DNA of 64,000 nucleotides from Podarcis gaigeae (lineage: Eukaryota): assembly GCA_964106915.2 (NCBI GenBank), contig OZ066914.1; one strand, written 5' to 3'. A model generated the notes under the pieces. The model made no database searches, was not told the DNA's origin, and was given only the letters and a program-made list of their open reading frames with translations. This document shows, piece after piece, positions 1 to 12,200 of the stretch; position 1 is the stretch's first letter, and each line of letters starts with the position of its first letter. The position numbers were made by a program, and so were the translations under genes.

Positions 1-311
1 TCCTATCCTAGGCTGACCAGGTTGTGGATGCGTGTCCCTGGCATCCCTTAGGCCTGAACTGCAATGAGAAATAAGGATCAATTCCTGGGCTGATTTGATG
101 CTTTAGACCAGGCAGAGTTGTCCACCTAAGGTAGGTGATGAGATGTTTATAGCTGTCACCTTAAGTTGTAAGGGCCTGCACTGTTTGGGGATAAAGTGAT
201 GAAGTCCTTTGTTACTCCCAATCTGTCTCATGTCTTCTTTCCGGGGTATATGGGCTATTGTAGACAAGCAGTCAAAAGGTGGGAGAAATAATAATAATAT
301 ATCTCATAACA
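1..311 (+). mobile_element. possible 3' part of an LTR, truncated by the window edge
   Basis: ATAAAG followed by a T-rich U5-like tract and an ending of ...CATAACA at 311. The left end and TSD are not visible. Confidence 0.25.
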
Positions 312-773
312 GAAACTAAGACTGCAGCAGACAGCAAGCAAAGCTACATATTTGGCAGAATATTGGCTTTGGGGGATGTTGTTGCCCTTTCGCACACTCT
401 GTGCTGCAGAAAGCCAACTTCATTCAGGAGCTGAGTTACTTGCTCACTTACTAAATCACTCATGGGATTATCACAAGCTAATTTCCATTTCATCCAAAAG
501 GGAGCCTGATCTCCTCTGCGTGGAGACATGTCTGTGGGCTCTCTTTTCAGATGCTATGTATTACAGGGAAAAGTGGGAGCATAAAAGGTTGGCTGGTTGA
601 TTATTTAATTTATTTACTGCTTAATATATTAAAAATATCTCTAAGCGGTGTACAAAAAAGAAGCGTCAAAAGAAAACTTAAACAAGATATTACAAAATAG
701 ACAGTTATATAATAGAAATGTGACATTAATACGATTCATTTTGATTCTGACACACCCTCCCTCTCAAGCTAGG

Positions 774-1143
774 GTTGCTGACATTTAAAGCCCTAAATGG
801 CCTCGGCCCAGTATACCTGAAGGAGCATCTCCATCCCCACCATTCAGCCCAGACACTGAGGTCCAGCGCCAAGGGCCTTCTGGCAGTTCCATCACTGCGA
901 GAAGTGAGGTTACAGGGGAACAGGCAGAGGGCCTTCTTGGTAGTGGCACCTGCCCTGTGAAACGTCCTCCCTTCAGAAGTCAAAGAAATAGACAACTATC
1001 TGACTTTTAGAAGGCATCTGAAGGCAGCCCTGTTTAGGGAAGTTTTTAATGTTTGGTGATTTATCGTGTTTTTAATATTCCGTTGGGAGCCGCCCAGAGT
1101 GGCTGGGGAAACCCAGCCAGATGGGTGGGGTATAAATTAATTA

Positions 1144-1180
<37 letters not shown>

Positions 1181-1181
1181 C
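774..1181 (+). mobile_element. L2 LINE 3' fragment with (CAT)n tail
   Basis: Encodes LTFKALNGLGPVYLKE...LQGNRQRAF and closely matches 43855-44237. Confidence 0.9.
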
Positions 1182-1882
1182 TCAGGGTCCAGAAAAACTC
1201 TCAGATCACTCACAAAAGTTTCACAGCAAGAAGAGTTCTTGGAAACAGCAGCCATCACCCTAGTCTCTCACTCTAGACTTGCTGTTTATGGGCAGGCCTC
1301 AGGTGGATGGTACTCTGACTGCCCACAGCAGTCACTCCCTACACCCAGTTCCAGGTACCAGGTTGGTTGAGTTTCCCAGGAGATCCAAAGGATGGGGAAA
1401 GAAACCCCCTCCACTCATAGCTCTTTCTTCGCCCTCTGTCCTCTATTCCTCTTTCAGGTTGTGTGCTGTTTTTTGTTGCAACCTCCCACAATGTGAGATA
1501 CTACCCTGAAGATGTCCACACTGTAAGTTTTTCTCATTTTTTACAATTACAGTCTGGGTTTACCTTGGACAGTCTGTGCTTATATTGCACACTGAAAAAC
1601 ACTTAAGAGGAACATTTAGGATATTGCTTCTAAAGATCTTGGCGTTGCTGTTTTCACTTAATCTTGTGGGATTTCAGTTTCAAGTAAACGGGCTTTCATA
1701 AATCCAGTCAGTGATTTGTTGATGATAAGGCCTATTTTGTTTGGCAGAATTTTCAAGACCATCCGTCACCGAAATGCCCACTGCAAATTCAGGTCAGCCA
1801 AACCGAAATATAGCAATACGTGATCCCGATTCAATCTCAATGTACATCTAAACCTATCTTTACAATTATGAGGTCGCTTTTC

Positions 1883-1883
<1 letters not shown>

Positions 1884-1949
<66 letters not shown>

Positions 1950-1953
1950 AAGA
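1884..1953. repeat. (GAAA)n/(GA)n microsatellite
   Basis: Seen directly. Confidence 0.95.
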
Positions 1954-3929
1954 AAATGGCCAGGAAATCTCCAGACACTAGTGAAAATAATTGGGCATTG
2001 TGCAACACTAGAGTTATTTTTGTATTTTGGTATATCCACATTTTCTTCATTTAGGAATAGTAGAACTGTCTGAAACCAATCTTCAAAGAACCAATGGGAT
2101 ATAAAGAAGACCTGTGGGTATAGGGTGGTATACAGTTTTTTCACCACCACCATATTTCAGAGCAAGATGTTGTCCTTCATTAAGAACTAAAGAATTGCCT
2201 CTGATATATGCTGCATCTCAGCCCATTAATATTTATTTATTTTTAAAATTTATATACTGCTGAATTTATATCAAAATGCACAAGTTAAAATAGTTAAATA
2301 AAACTATTTAGAAAACAGTCAAATAAAACCATAGTCAAGATTTAATGGGACAAAATATGGCACCAGCCCCTGGCACATTTTGGTTTGTGTTTTTTTTTGC
2401 AGGGGGGATGAATTGCAAGTCCACCAGTTCACATAGTTTGAGAAACACTGTCTTAGATTATATTCAGATAATAATTGGGTAAATGAATGTGCATACAAGG
2501 CTCAAAACTGACCAAAGAACATCCCATATTGTCTTCGTTAACCCAAAAGGGACTGTTTTCATAAAACCTTATTGGCACTCAGTGAATGCTGGTAGTCTGA
2601 GCATTAACCATTTTAGCTTCAGCAGCAGTAGCAGCAACAGGAGCTGAAATAGTGGCAGCAGAAGTACTTGCCTCACTTCGCACTTTACAAAGTTTCACAA
2701 GCACAGTAAACAGCCTGTCGCCGAAGAACTTACAATCTGTTGTGGCAACAAAGGCAAGATAGGAAGTAGTGAGGGAAGAATAGGAGCAAAATGCCCTTAC
2801 ACACACTTAAGCTTGGCTGCAGCTAGCAATGCAGTCATAGTTCCAGGACCAACGTCACATATAGTTATTTTGTGTTTGCAATAGACTTTCCAAAGGCAAC
2901 AATCAGAGACTGCATTCCCTTAAAGTACATCAAAGTGATTCGTCGGTTACATAGCTGATCCTTGCTTTTAAAATACCAGCCCAGAGATTAATGGGCAATT
3001 ATTAATTTTCCCTTTTTTAAAAAAAAAATATCACTCATAGCACCAGTTGATTCCACTACTGTCCATCATTCCTGAAAGCCATATGAGAGAGGGAGACTAG
3101 GAAAGCCCCTGCCTTCAGAAAGTTATACATTCAACACCAGTGTGAGTGTCTGGCAATGTTAAGGACCATCTGTTAATAGTAACGTCATTCTGAAAAATTC
3201 AGTTTTCAGAGACCACATTCTCTGTAGTCATTCCATATGCCACAATTAATCAGAAAGTTGACTAGCCTGTGAGTAGAATGCTCTCATGTTTAAAGGTACC
3301 AGTCCCTTTCTGAGCCAGCAAGGCCTGTATTTAATTGACTTAAGTTCTGAGAATAACATTCGGCTCTGGGCAAAAAACCAGGATACAAAATCCACAGGGC
3401 TCCATTTCTTAAACACAAAAGTGGGTGTGGCGGGAGTTTCACATCTCATTATCCCTTAAAATGCCAATCCGCTTCATGTTGCACATGGGGCTGAATAACC
3501 ACAGCCCTTATGGATTTCTACAGTTGTAATTAATTCCCCATCTTACAATTGCTCGGAGTATGCATATGGGTGGCTTCCATGCATGTCAATAGCTCTATAA
3601 CCACACAGGGATGCACAACACATTCTTTGCCTTGTTCCTCTGTGGCAAATTGTCCCAATTTGAGCTCAGTTCTTTACTGGACTTTATAGGCATTGTCACT
3701 GTATGCAAGAGGTCCTTTCTTTGGCCTGGGTGAATCAAGGAAACCCCTTAGCGCAACCTTTTAGATTGTGGGAGCATCACTTTTGGTACAGAAGCAAGCA
3801 TGAGAGTTTTCTCCTTCCCAGTATTTTTGCTGGGAATAATAATTTGTTTTGTTCAGCTTACTGGGGGTGGTGGCAGATGGATGGACAAAGATAGGGTCAA
3901 AGAAGGAACAAAGGTCTTCATATTCTAGA

Positions 3930-4056
3930 ACAGGAGTGAAAGAAGCCCTGGTTCTCCAGGTGTTATTGACTCCAAGTCCCATCAGTCCAATGGTGAGAGG
4001 TGATGGACATTGTAGTCTGACCACATCTGGAAGGTCAACAGGTTCCATACCTGTGC
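3930..4056. mobile_element. degraded palindromic hAT-type MITE
   Basis: Inverted halves ctccaggtgttattgactccaagtcccatc / gatggacattgtagtctgaccacatctggaag. Relatives lie at ~40950-41085 and ~55590-55690. Confidence 0.55.
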
Positions 4057-4829
4057 CCTAGAGAGACAAGAAGAGGAATTTCCTAGCAACAACAGGAAGA
4101 GCAGAATAACGTTTGCCCAAGACTGGACAACTTGGTTTCAAGTTCCTCAGGCTGATGGAGAAGAAAGACAAGGATCTTCCCTGAAAGTGGCCCCAACCAT
4201 GTGGTGAGGAAAGCAGTAGCAAGCATAACTTGGTGAGCACTGGTGGAAGTGGCATTCAGTATTAGATCTAGGGCAGAGATAAACACTGTAAGGCCTTTGG
4301 CCTTCTTTGGTCTGAAATTGCTTTCCCTCTGGAACGGGACTTGCTCCAGGTTTGCAAGGGCTTTTGGCAAAGAAATCTCTGGGAGACGACGTCAGGGAGC
4401 CTCAGTGGGCTTACTTAGCTTACTTAAGGATGCTGAGTACTGATGTCAAGCGTGCTTTTGAATGTTCATCCCAGGAACGTTTACTGGGATATAGTGGTAG
4501 AACATATGCCTTGCATCTGAAAGATTCAATCATCAATCAGCAATCATCATCATCATCATTTATTGGATCTCTGCACTGCTTTTCTGCCAGTGCAATTTGC
4601 AATTTAAACATGGAAACAAAAATAATATGTAAAACAAAGTCTGACATTGTCCTCTCATGCCAATCGGTAGTTGATGGTATGTGTGCTCTGTCCTGCCAGG
4701 ACACACAGGTCATAAGCAGCCCCCAGGAAAGGTGGGGTGGGAGATGCCACAAGCAGTTCTCTCAGGCCGCTGGTGGTTCTGGCAGGAGCTGACGATATGT
4801 GCACCCCCCTGACCTGGGATCCTTTACTT

Positions 4830-4950
4830 ACGAAGAGTCCTTGATAAATAGACCAAAGGCCACCCAGTCCAGTGTCCTGTTCCCACACTGACCTACAAGA
4901 TCTCTCTGGAAAGCCCACAGCACTCTTCAACTCGTGTTCCTCAGCACGGT
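4830..4950 (-). mobile_element. degraded CR1 3'-end fragment
   Basis: gaccaaaggccacccagtccagtgtcctgttcccacactgacc resembles 44806-44990. Confidence 0.45.
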
Positions 4951-5039
4951 GTCTCTGTTCCTGACATTCTTCCTGCCAACATACTGGGGCAGAGAAGGGC
5001 AGGAGCGAGTTGACCCATGCAGAGCTGCAAAAAAACTCT

Positions 5040-5130
5040 CTACCTGAAGTTCTGGGGAGTCAGTGTAGACAATACCACACTAGATGAACCAATTGACTGT
5101 GTTCAGTATAAGACAGCTTCACTATGATCC
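5040..5130 (+). mobile_element. 3' part of tRNA-derived squamate SINE
   Basis: gtcagtgtagacaatac...tagatgaaccaat...cagtataagacagcttc matches 45520-45598. Confidence 0.55.
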
Positions 5131-5192
5131 AATGACAGAGACTTATGTCTGGATGCGGAATCTGTACAAACTGGTATTATGCTTCCATTAGT

Positions 5193-5194
<2 letters not shown>

Positions 5195-5241
<47 letters not shown>
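5195..5241. repeat. (GT)n microsatellite
   Basis: Seen directly. Confidence 0.95.
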
Positions 5242-5243
<2 letters not shown>

Positions 5244-5562
5244 TCTCATACATTGCTCTGTTTAAATCAAAACACATTTCCCTCACAATTTGTTCTGTGT
5301 TCCACCCGCCCTCTTTTAACAGAACACGTTTTACACACACCTCCTCCTTCGATTCTTATAGAAGAAGTGATGGAATTCTGACTGTGCACTGAGAACTGTT
5401 ACAAGCTCCATTAAACGAAATGAAAAGCATCTTTTGTGAATAACTCCCCCCACAAGAAATCTTAGATTTCCAGGCATCCCTTTACCTACCTTCATGAAAC
5501 AACTTATACATTCGTAAAACCTTCATTGAAGGCAGCTCTGCAGTTTTATAGAAAACAACATG

Positions 5563-5910
5563 NNNNNNNNNNNNNNNNNNNNNNNNNNNNNNNNNNNNNN
5601 NNNNNNNNNNNNNNNNNNNNNNNNNNNNNNNNNNNNNNNNNNNNNNNNNNNNNNNNNNNNNNNNNNNNNNNNNNNNNNNNNNNNNNNNNNNNNNNNNNNN
5701 NNNNNNNNNNNNNNNNNNNNNNNNNNNNNNNNNNNNNNNNNNNNNNNNNNNNNNNNNNNNNNNNNNNNNNNNNNNNNNNNNNNNNNNNNNNNNNNNNNNN
5801 NNNNNNNNNNNNNNNNNNNNNNNNNNNNNNNNNNNNNNNNNNNNNNNNNNNNNNNNNNNNNNNNNNNNNNNNNNNNNNNNNNNNNNNNNNNNNNNNNNNN
5901 NNNNNNNNNN
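5563..5910. other. assembly gap (348 N)
   Basis: Run of N. Confidence 1.
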
Positions 5911-8650
5911 GCTTATCTAAGTGATTACAGATTTTATTCATCTGAAAAAAATATATTTGCTAATACTTTGACATTAGTTGACTATTCTATAATGTGGCAA
6001 ACAAGTTTAAAATACATAGAAGTTCAGTTCCCAGCCTTTTTTTTTTTTTTTGCTTTTGCTTTTGGCTTTGCAATAATGACACACAGAACTAAAATTCCCT
6101 TTTCCGAAACCCAGTCCCAAGTGATTTTCAGGCTGTAAACAGTCCTTTTCTTATTGAGTGCCTGTGTGAAAGACCATGTTGTCTCTGGAATACATCCTAT
6201 TAATTTGCAAAACCTTCACATGTGAATCTTCAGCTCCCCCCCTTCTTTTCTTTTCATTTTGTTCAAGAAACAAAAAAAATATTGGCCTTTTCAGGATGTC
6301 TTGTACAGTCATATAACTTGCTGGGTGCAATAAACCAAGCAACCAACCAACCAACCAACCAACCTTAAAAATAATTGTAGCTTACTCTGATAACTGGCAT
6401 TGCATATATCCCATTGGAAGTTATTTAAATCTAATGTTATGCTGCAGAATTATTTTATTTTATTTTGGGTCATTTCTGGCGTTAAGGGTCCAACTCCCAT
6501 GATGCAGCTCAAATAGGGTGATTAGAGGTGTTCTACAGCAGTGCCAGCTTTTATGCAAAAGTCCTTCCTTGACACTAAAGTGAATGGGGCAGTTATGGTT
6601 TGCAGGAGCTCCAAGTCAGTAAGTCTTAGGTTGGGCCATAGTTTTTAGGTTTGTTCACCAGGTAGAAAGGGCTTTTCCTGTTAAAGCTTGGTTACAGCAT
6701 CACTACGAATGCCTTACATACATTCTCCCTAGCCATTACTAAACAGCAGCCAAGGGAAAAGGGAGCCTACTAAGAAGATGGAAAAGCTTAGATCATCTCA
6801 TGAGAGTGATATGCCTTTTATTTTCCCATCAATATAATCATAGAACTTCCTTCCTTTCCTACCTTCTATTTGAAATAGCTGGGTTGTTTTTTTAAAAAAG
6901 AGAGAGAGAGCAAAGCAAATTGACGGAGAGAGAGACTGTCATTTTAAAAAAAGATTGCACTTACATCTTCCATCCTTATCAGTTTGGGAAAAGGAAAAAG
7001 AATGTATTAAATTAAGCATTCTCAGTCACAGAGGGAACATAAACTGATATGTTATAATGAGATCCCCAAAGTCCTGTGATCAGCCCAAAGTAAATAGAAT
7101 GAAATACCAATGGGCTTGCTAATTATAAAGATCTGTTTTAAATGTGGCTTAGGCAGCAACCCTATACACAATTACCTGGGAATAAGCACCACTACGTCCA
7201 ACAGAACTTTTGAAAAGATGTGTATAAGATTGCACTGTTGTGTGATTTGAATCTTGTCCGATGTGTGGGGGAAAATATGAATTTTGTGCTCTGTTATTAA
7301 TCCATTAATAATACATTTCAGTGTACTTTTGTAATGACAATCGCTAATAGGGGGAAAGTCACATTTGTATTACAGTAAACCCTCTCTCATTTTCTCATTT
7401 TCTCTTTCTTTCTATGTGTGCAGATATTCAAACTGAAGCTATCGTTTTAATCAGAGTGCTTTTTAACCTAACGGTTTTGATTCAACATCTTAGTTTTTCG
7501 ATGCAGCAAATGTGTGTCTCTGCAGTGGGACAAAGATTAATGCCATGTGTACAGAGGGATTCTCTACCACAATTTAGAATTCTGGTGGCGCCATGACGCC
7601 CCTGTTTTCTATGGTGGCTTGCCAGAAGAAAATTACATAAGCCAATTTTGAATGCATTCCTGTTGTACTTTTTTTATATACAACCACATTTATGTAAGTA
7701 AATAAATAGTTTGATGAATATTTCTGAAATGATCTCTCAATCTGAATTCACCTAGCTATGTATCAAATGTAATATATGATGACTTAGGTGTGTTTATTTT
7801 GTTTAAAACAATTGAGGGAAAGGAGTTATCTCAAGGATAAGACTCTTTCCTTTTCCTTTCCTTCTCTCTCTCTCTCTCTCCCCCCCACACACTTTCTAGG
7901 CAACTAACCACAATAGAAATAGGTTCTTTTTTTAAACTTACTGTAATAGGAGAATTCATTTCAGCTGGAGGGTGTTTTATTATTTAAATTGGAAGCTGTT
8001 GTTTCTCAAGCATATACTACATGATGTGTGATATATTCCTCATACACAACATGCATTTGTGCGCTTAAATGCAGACTGAAAGTGTTTACATACAACATAG
8101 AATATAATACGGACTCATAAAGTCGTACAATATTCATGCCCTAAAGTTTTTGCAATTGAATGTATGTGCAGTGTAAGCATTTGGAGTCCAGGAAAGCACC
8201 GCTGCTTCCCAGCTTTGCATGGAGATGGTGTGCCTCTATGATGCTAGGACTCTGAGCTAAAGAGTTACTCCTGTAAAGGTCTCCAGGGGAGTAGATATTG
8301 TGACAAATGTCAGGTGCCTGCCCCTCTCTCTGCCAAACAGTGGCAAGAGCCCATGGGGTCCCAGGCACTCACACAGCGTCTGTACTCCTTTGGAGAATTG
8401 ACAACATGGCAGAGACTTTAAGAAATATGGTTCATCCACCTATTTACAGCTTCAGTCTACAGCGTGGTCCTTTCAAGAGGGGCTGGTACTCCACAGCAGT
8501 GCAGAAAGCCCACCCAAGATGGATCTCAGCTGTTCTTCCTCCCAGCCACCCTTGTTCCCAGAGAAGATACCCAGGCAAATTTCCAAATCCACAGTCTCTG
8601 TTCACACCTTAGGGCCCGGGGGAAGGAGTTCTCTTGTTTTTGTTTCTTTT

Positions 8651-9157
8651 GTTGTTGTTGTTTAGTCGTTTAGTCGTGTCCAACTCTTTTTGACCCCATG
8701 GACCAGAGCACGCCAGGCACTTCTGTCTTCCACTGCCTCCTGCAGTTTGGTCAAACTCATGCTGGTAGCTTCGAGAATACTGTCCAACCATCTCGTCCTC
8801 TGTCGCCCCCTTCTCCTTGCACCCTCAATCTTTCCCAACATCAGGGTCTTTTCCAGGGAGTCTTCTCTTCTCATGAGGTGGCCAAAGTATTGGAGCCACA
8901 GCTTCACAACCTGTCCTTCCAGTGAGCACTCAGGGCTGATTTCCTTTAGAATGGATAGGTTTGATCTTCTTACAGTCCATGGGACTCTCAAGAGTCTCCT
9001 CCAGCACCATAATTCAAAAGCATCAATTCTTCGGCGTTCAGCCTTCTTTACGGTCCAGCTCTCACTTCCATACACCACCACTGGGAAAACCATAGCTTTT
9101 ACTATACGGACCTTTGTTGGCAAGGTGATGTCTCTGCTTTTTAAGATGCTGTTTAGG
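8651..9157 (-). mobile_element. 5'-truncated RTE-BovB LINE
   Basis: Open frame MPTKVRIVKAMVFPVV...ELWCWRRLLRVPW...WRALVHGVKKSWTRLND, a (CAA)n tail, and a 13-bp TSD ttttgtttctttt at 8638-8650 and 9158-9170. Confidence 0.95.
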
Positions 9158-9296
9158 TTTTGTTTCTTTTAGTGTCCCTCAATTGCTCTTGATGGCCACT
9201 GCTCAGCCAAAGTAATTCCTCTGCAGCTTGCCTTCCTTCATGTCCCAAATAATCAAGATCCTAGCATTTAGTAATTTCCCTTAAACCTATAACAAT

Positions 9297-9397
9297 ATGT
9301 TAGACTGTTACAGCAAAAACAGCAGTCTCGTGGCCCCTTTAAAGATGGAAAGACTTTATTATGGCTTAAGCTTTGGTGGGGTCTACTTCACAGATAC
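9297..9397 (-). mobile_element. decayed Penelope-like terminal fragment with broken hammerhead core
   Basis: Colinear with the reverse complement of 15102-15190: gtggcccctttaaaga...aagctttggtg...tacttcacagatac. Confidence 0.55.
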
Positions 9398-9699
9398 TTA
9401 TGCCATAATAACTTTGGCAGTCTTTATGGTGTTAGAACACCAGAAGCGGCCTCACACTGAGGGCTTGTCCCATGCCTGGAAAGCATGGGTTCAACTTGAC
9501 CCATGCTTTCTAGACATGGGTCCAAGCAGTTTCCCTCTTGACCTGCTGTTTTCCCAGGGAAAACTTGCACTAGCTCTAAATCTGAACAAACAGCAATCTG
9601 GAGAAAAACTGACTACCGTTTGCTCCAGTTGAGCACTAAAGAGCAGTTTTCCCAGAAAAGGGGGGGTGGGAGCAGTGAGACAAGGGGAAGCGGTGATAA

Positions 9700-9842
9700 G
9701 CTCTGAGTCAGGCCATTGATCCATCTAGCTCAATATTGGCTACACTGACTGGCAGCAGCTGCCTAGGATTTCAGATGGGAAACATTTTGCAGCCCTACCT
9801 GGAGATACTGGGGATTGAACCAAGGATGCTCTACAACTGAAC
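9700..9842 (-). mobile_element. tRNA-derived squamate SINE (degraded)
   Basis: ctgagtcaggccattgatccatctagctcaatattggctacactgactggcagcag...ggggattgaacc, including a B-box on the minus strand. Confidence 0.7.
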
Positions 9843-9884
9843 AATACAAGCGGTTCAAGCTTTACCATTTAGACACAGAAGTAA

Positions 9885-10125
9885 CAGTGGGTCTCCAGGT
9901 TTGCAGGCTGAAGTCCCTCCCAGCCCCCCAACCTGGAGATGTCAGGGATTGAATTTGGAGCCTTCTGCAGATTGGCTAGTGCATGGTGCTGGTAACGCCA
10001 AGGCTGCAGGTTCGATCCCCATAAGGGACAGATGCATATTCCTGCACTGCAGGGGGTTGGGTTAGATGATCTGCAGGATCCTTCCAGCTCTATGATTCAA
10101 ATCCTCTGCCACTAAGCTATGGCCC
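9885..10125 (-). mobile_element. tRNA-derived SINE interrupted by another SINE at 9968-10098
   Basis: cctggagatgtcagggattgaatttggagccttctgca [insert] ...ctctgccactaagctatggccc (A-box on the minus strand). Confidence 0.65.
9968..10098 (+). mobile_element. tRNA-Ile-headed SINE with CR1-like tail
   Basis: tggtgctggtaacgccaaggctgcaggttcgatcccc resembles tRNA-Ile. The tail is tagatgat...ccttccagctctatgattc. Confidence 0.75.
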
Positions 10126-11799
10126 TTCTCTAGGGAAGTGTAATTTGGTAACATGCTGAGAATTATCTGTCAGAGATGCTTATGACCCATCACAGAGCTA
10201 CCATTTCCGCAGTTCTTTGAAAAGAGTGTGCAATGTGGACATGGCCAGCTCCTGTCATTTCATTTTATTGATTGTTGAGAATCTAAATCTTAGAGTCTCA
10301 ATTATGTTTACAAGAAAAAAATAACTGGGCATTCTTAGACAATTATAACCTTTTAAATTTATTGGTGGTAGTGAAGAAAGTTTGGTTTTGGAATAATAAT
10401 AACATAACCATGAATAATGTCAAGGTCTTGTGCTTTACGCGGTTATGCCTCAGGCTTAATCAAAGTAACTAACAGTGCAATCATAACCATGTCTAATCAG
10501 AAGTGGGCCCTTTTGAATTCAATGGGGCCCACTCCCAGGTGGGGAGGACTGTGGCCTGAGTCTCTGCTGCCCGAGTCTCAACATCCCATTATTATTGATC
10601 TACACATTCTGCCACAGCTGTACTGTAACATTTTCTCTGTGTGTGTTCCTTCGCACATGCCAATAATTGGCATGCCCTTGGCCATTTGCCTAAATGGGGA
10701 AATGCTTTGGCATTACTTGAGGCAAAGGCCTGTCAGATTACATAGTTTGGCAACTGAAGGAGAGAAAGAGGCCTCTTGGCAACTGAGCAAAAATGAATGG
10801 CGTTGGAAGTGGAGAAGGCCTAGCAACGGAAGAGGGCAAGGATTTTGCAGAAGAGAAGGGAAGGCCAAGTACACAAGACAGAAGGTGGCCAAGGAGAAGA
10901 CTGGCAGGAGAGCTAAGAGGTTGGCCTCCGGAGAGACAAAGAAAGAGAAAGGTTCTCAAAATAGAAAGTCTAGGGAGGATCATCAAAGGATTCAGCTGTG
11001 GGAAACCTGTCCAGCTACAAAGGCAATAAGTATGAGCTGATTATTATTTTAGCTTTTTTGGAATGCCACAAATACATAAGTTAGGGAATATCATTAGAAA
11101 AGCATGCTTGATTCCAGTCAAATACTTTTTAAAAGTTCCTTTACACTATCATATGTAACCCACTCTTCCCAAAGCTGTAGTATGTATTCGTGAATCACAT
11201 GTAACTGAACTTTCCAGCCACACTTTTGCTAACCTATTGTGGGAAGTTACTGCCTAAATTGAGGTGTATCTCTTTGAAAAATCCATCTTAAAATGATTTT
11301 ATAAATCTCTTTATTATTTCAGCCACTTCCCACTTAAGTCTACTACTAGTACTACTGCTACTACTACATACTAACAATAACAACAACAACAAAAATGCAT
11401 TCCTTATTCCTTATTTTCTACGCACTCTGTTTCCAGTTGCATGGTTTCAAGAAGAAGGAACAAGTACTACACTTCATAGTTTGGATCCTGTAGCTTATGA
11501 ACTGCATAGTTTTGCTACACGAAACTTACATTGGAGTGAAAGAACGATGTGTTGGTCATAGCATCATAAATTGAGAAAGAACCAGATGGATTATGTATAA
11601 CTGAAAAATGTTAGCAAAGTCCTTCTGATGTATATGTTTCTCACCCTGTATTACTACAGCTGATATATTTTTAGATATATATGGATGCTGAACTGTGGTA
11701 TTTAAATTGCTTGATTGTGTGGCATGAGCTTTTTCACTGCTGTAGTTTACATTAACTGCAAAACCTGGAAAAAAGAAAACAAATAAATGTCTACAAGAG

Positions 11800-12200
11800 A
11801 AAAAGAAATGCTCATCCCTTATATACCCAGTAGGTCCCTGTATTATGCAAGAGAGTTTCTCCTTAAAATGGCCAAAATATCAGAATGCCACTTCACATTA
11901 ACACAGAAGAGGACCTTCAGTGTGTTTGCACCTATTCTACAGGACAGATCCCTGGAGAGATCCCATAGGCACCCACTATCTGTACCTTCCAGAAAAAACT
12001 GAATACGGTACATTTTTGGTTCAACAAACTTTTCCAGATGAATGAAGGTTATGTGTATTGTTTTAAAACTTACCTTTGTTGGTTTTTGTATTGTTTTCAA
12101 AAACACACACCTTATTTTTAGCTGTTTATATGGTATGTTTGTAAATCATCTAAGACATATGGAAATAGATAAATAAATAAAATTAAATCTGATTATTATT
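11800..12200 (+). mobile_element. old L2 3' fragment
   Basis: aggaccttcagtgtgtttgcacc-type L2 C-terminal motif, a T-rich UTR and an AT-rich tail. Confidence 0.4.

Noticed and set aside
5526-6138. ORFs spanning the N gap (also 62257-62580)
   Set aside because: Artefacts of ambiguous bases.
9140-9160. BovB fragment truncates about 20 bp from the position where the ribozyme insert sits in the full-length copy
   Set aside because: A single coincidence with no evidence of a hotspot.
8690-9172. Plus-strand ORFs over BovB copies (also 14572-15165, 15226-15651, 17421-17849)
   Set aside because: Antisense shadows of the BovB ORF.
9968-10030. tRNA-Ile-like sequence
   Set aside because: It is 5'-truncated, mutated and fused to a CR1 tail, so it is a SINE head and not a tRNA gene.
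10417-11040. 207-aa ORF, the longest non-transposon ORF
   Set aside because: It runs through a palindromic repeat and a purine-rich tract, with no recognisable domain or splice context.
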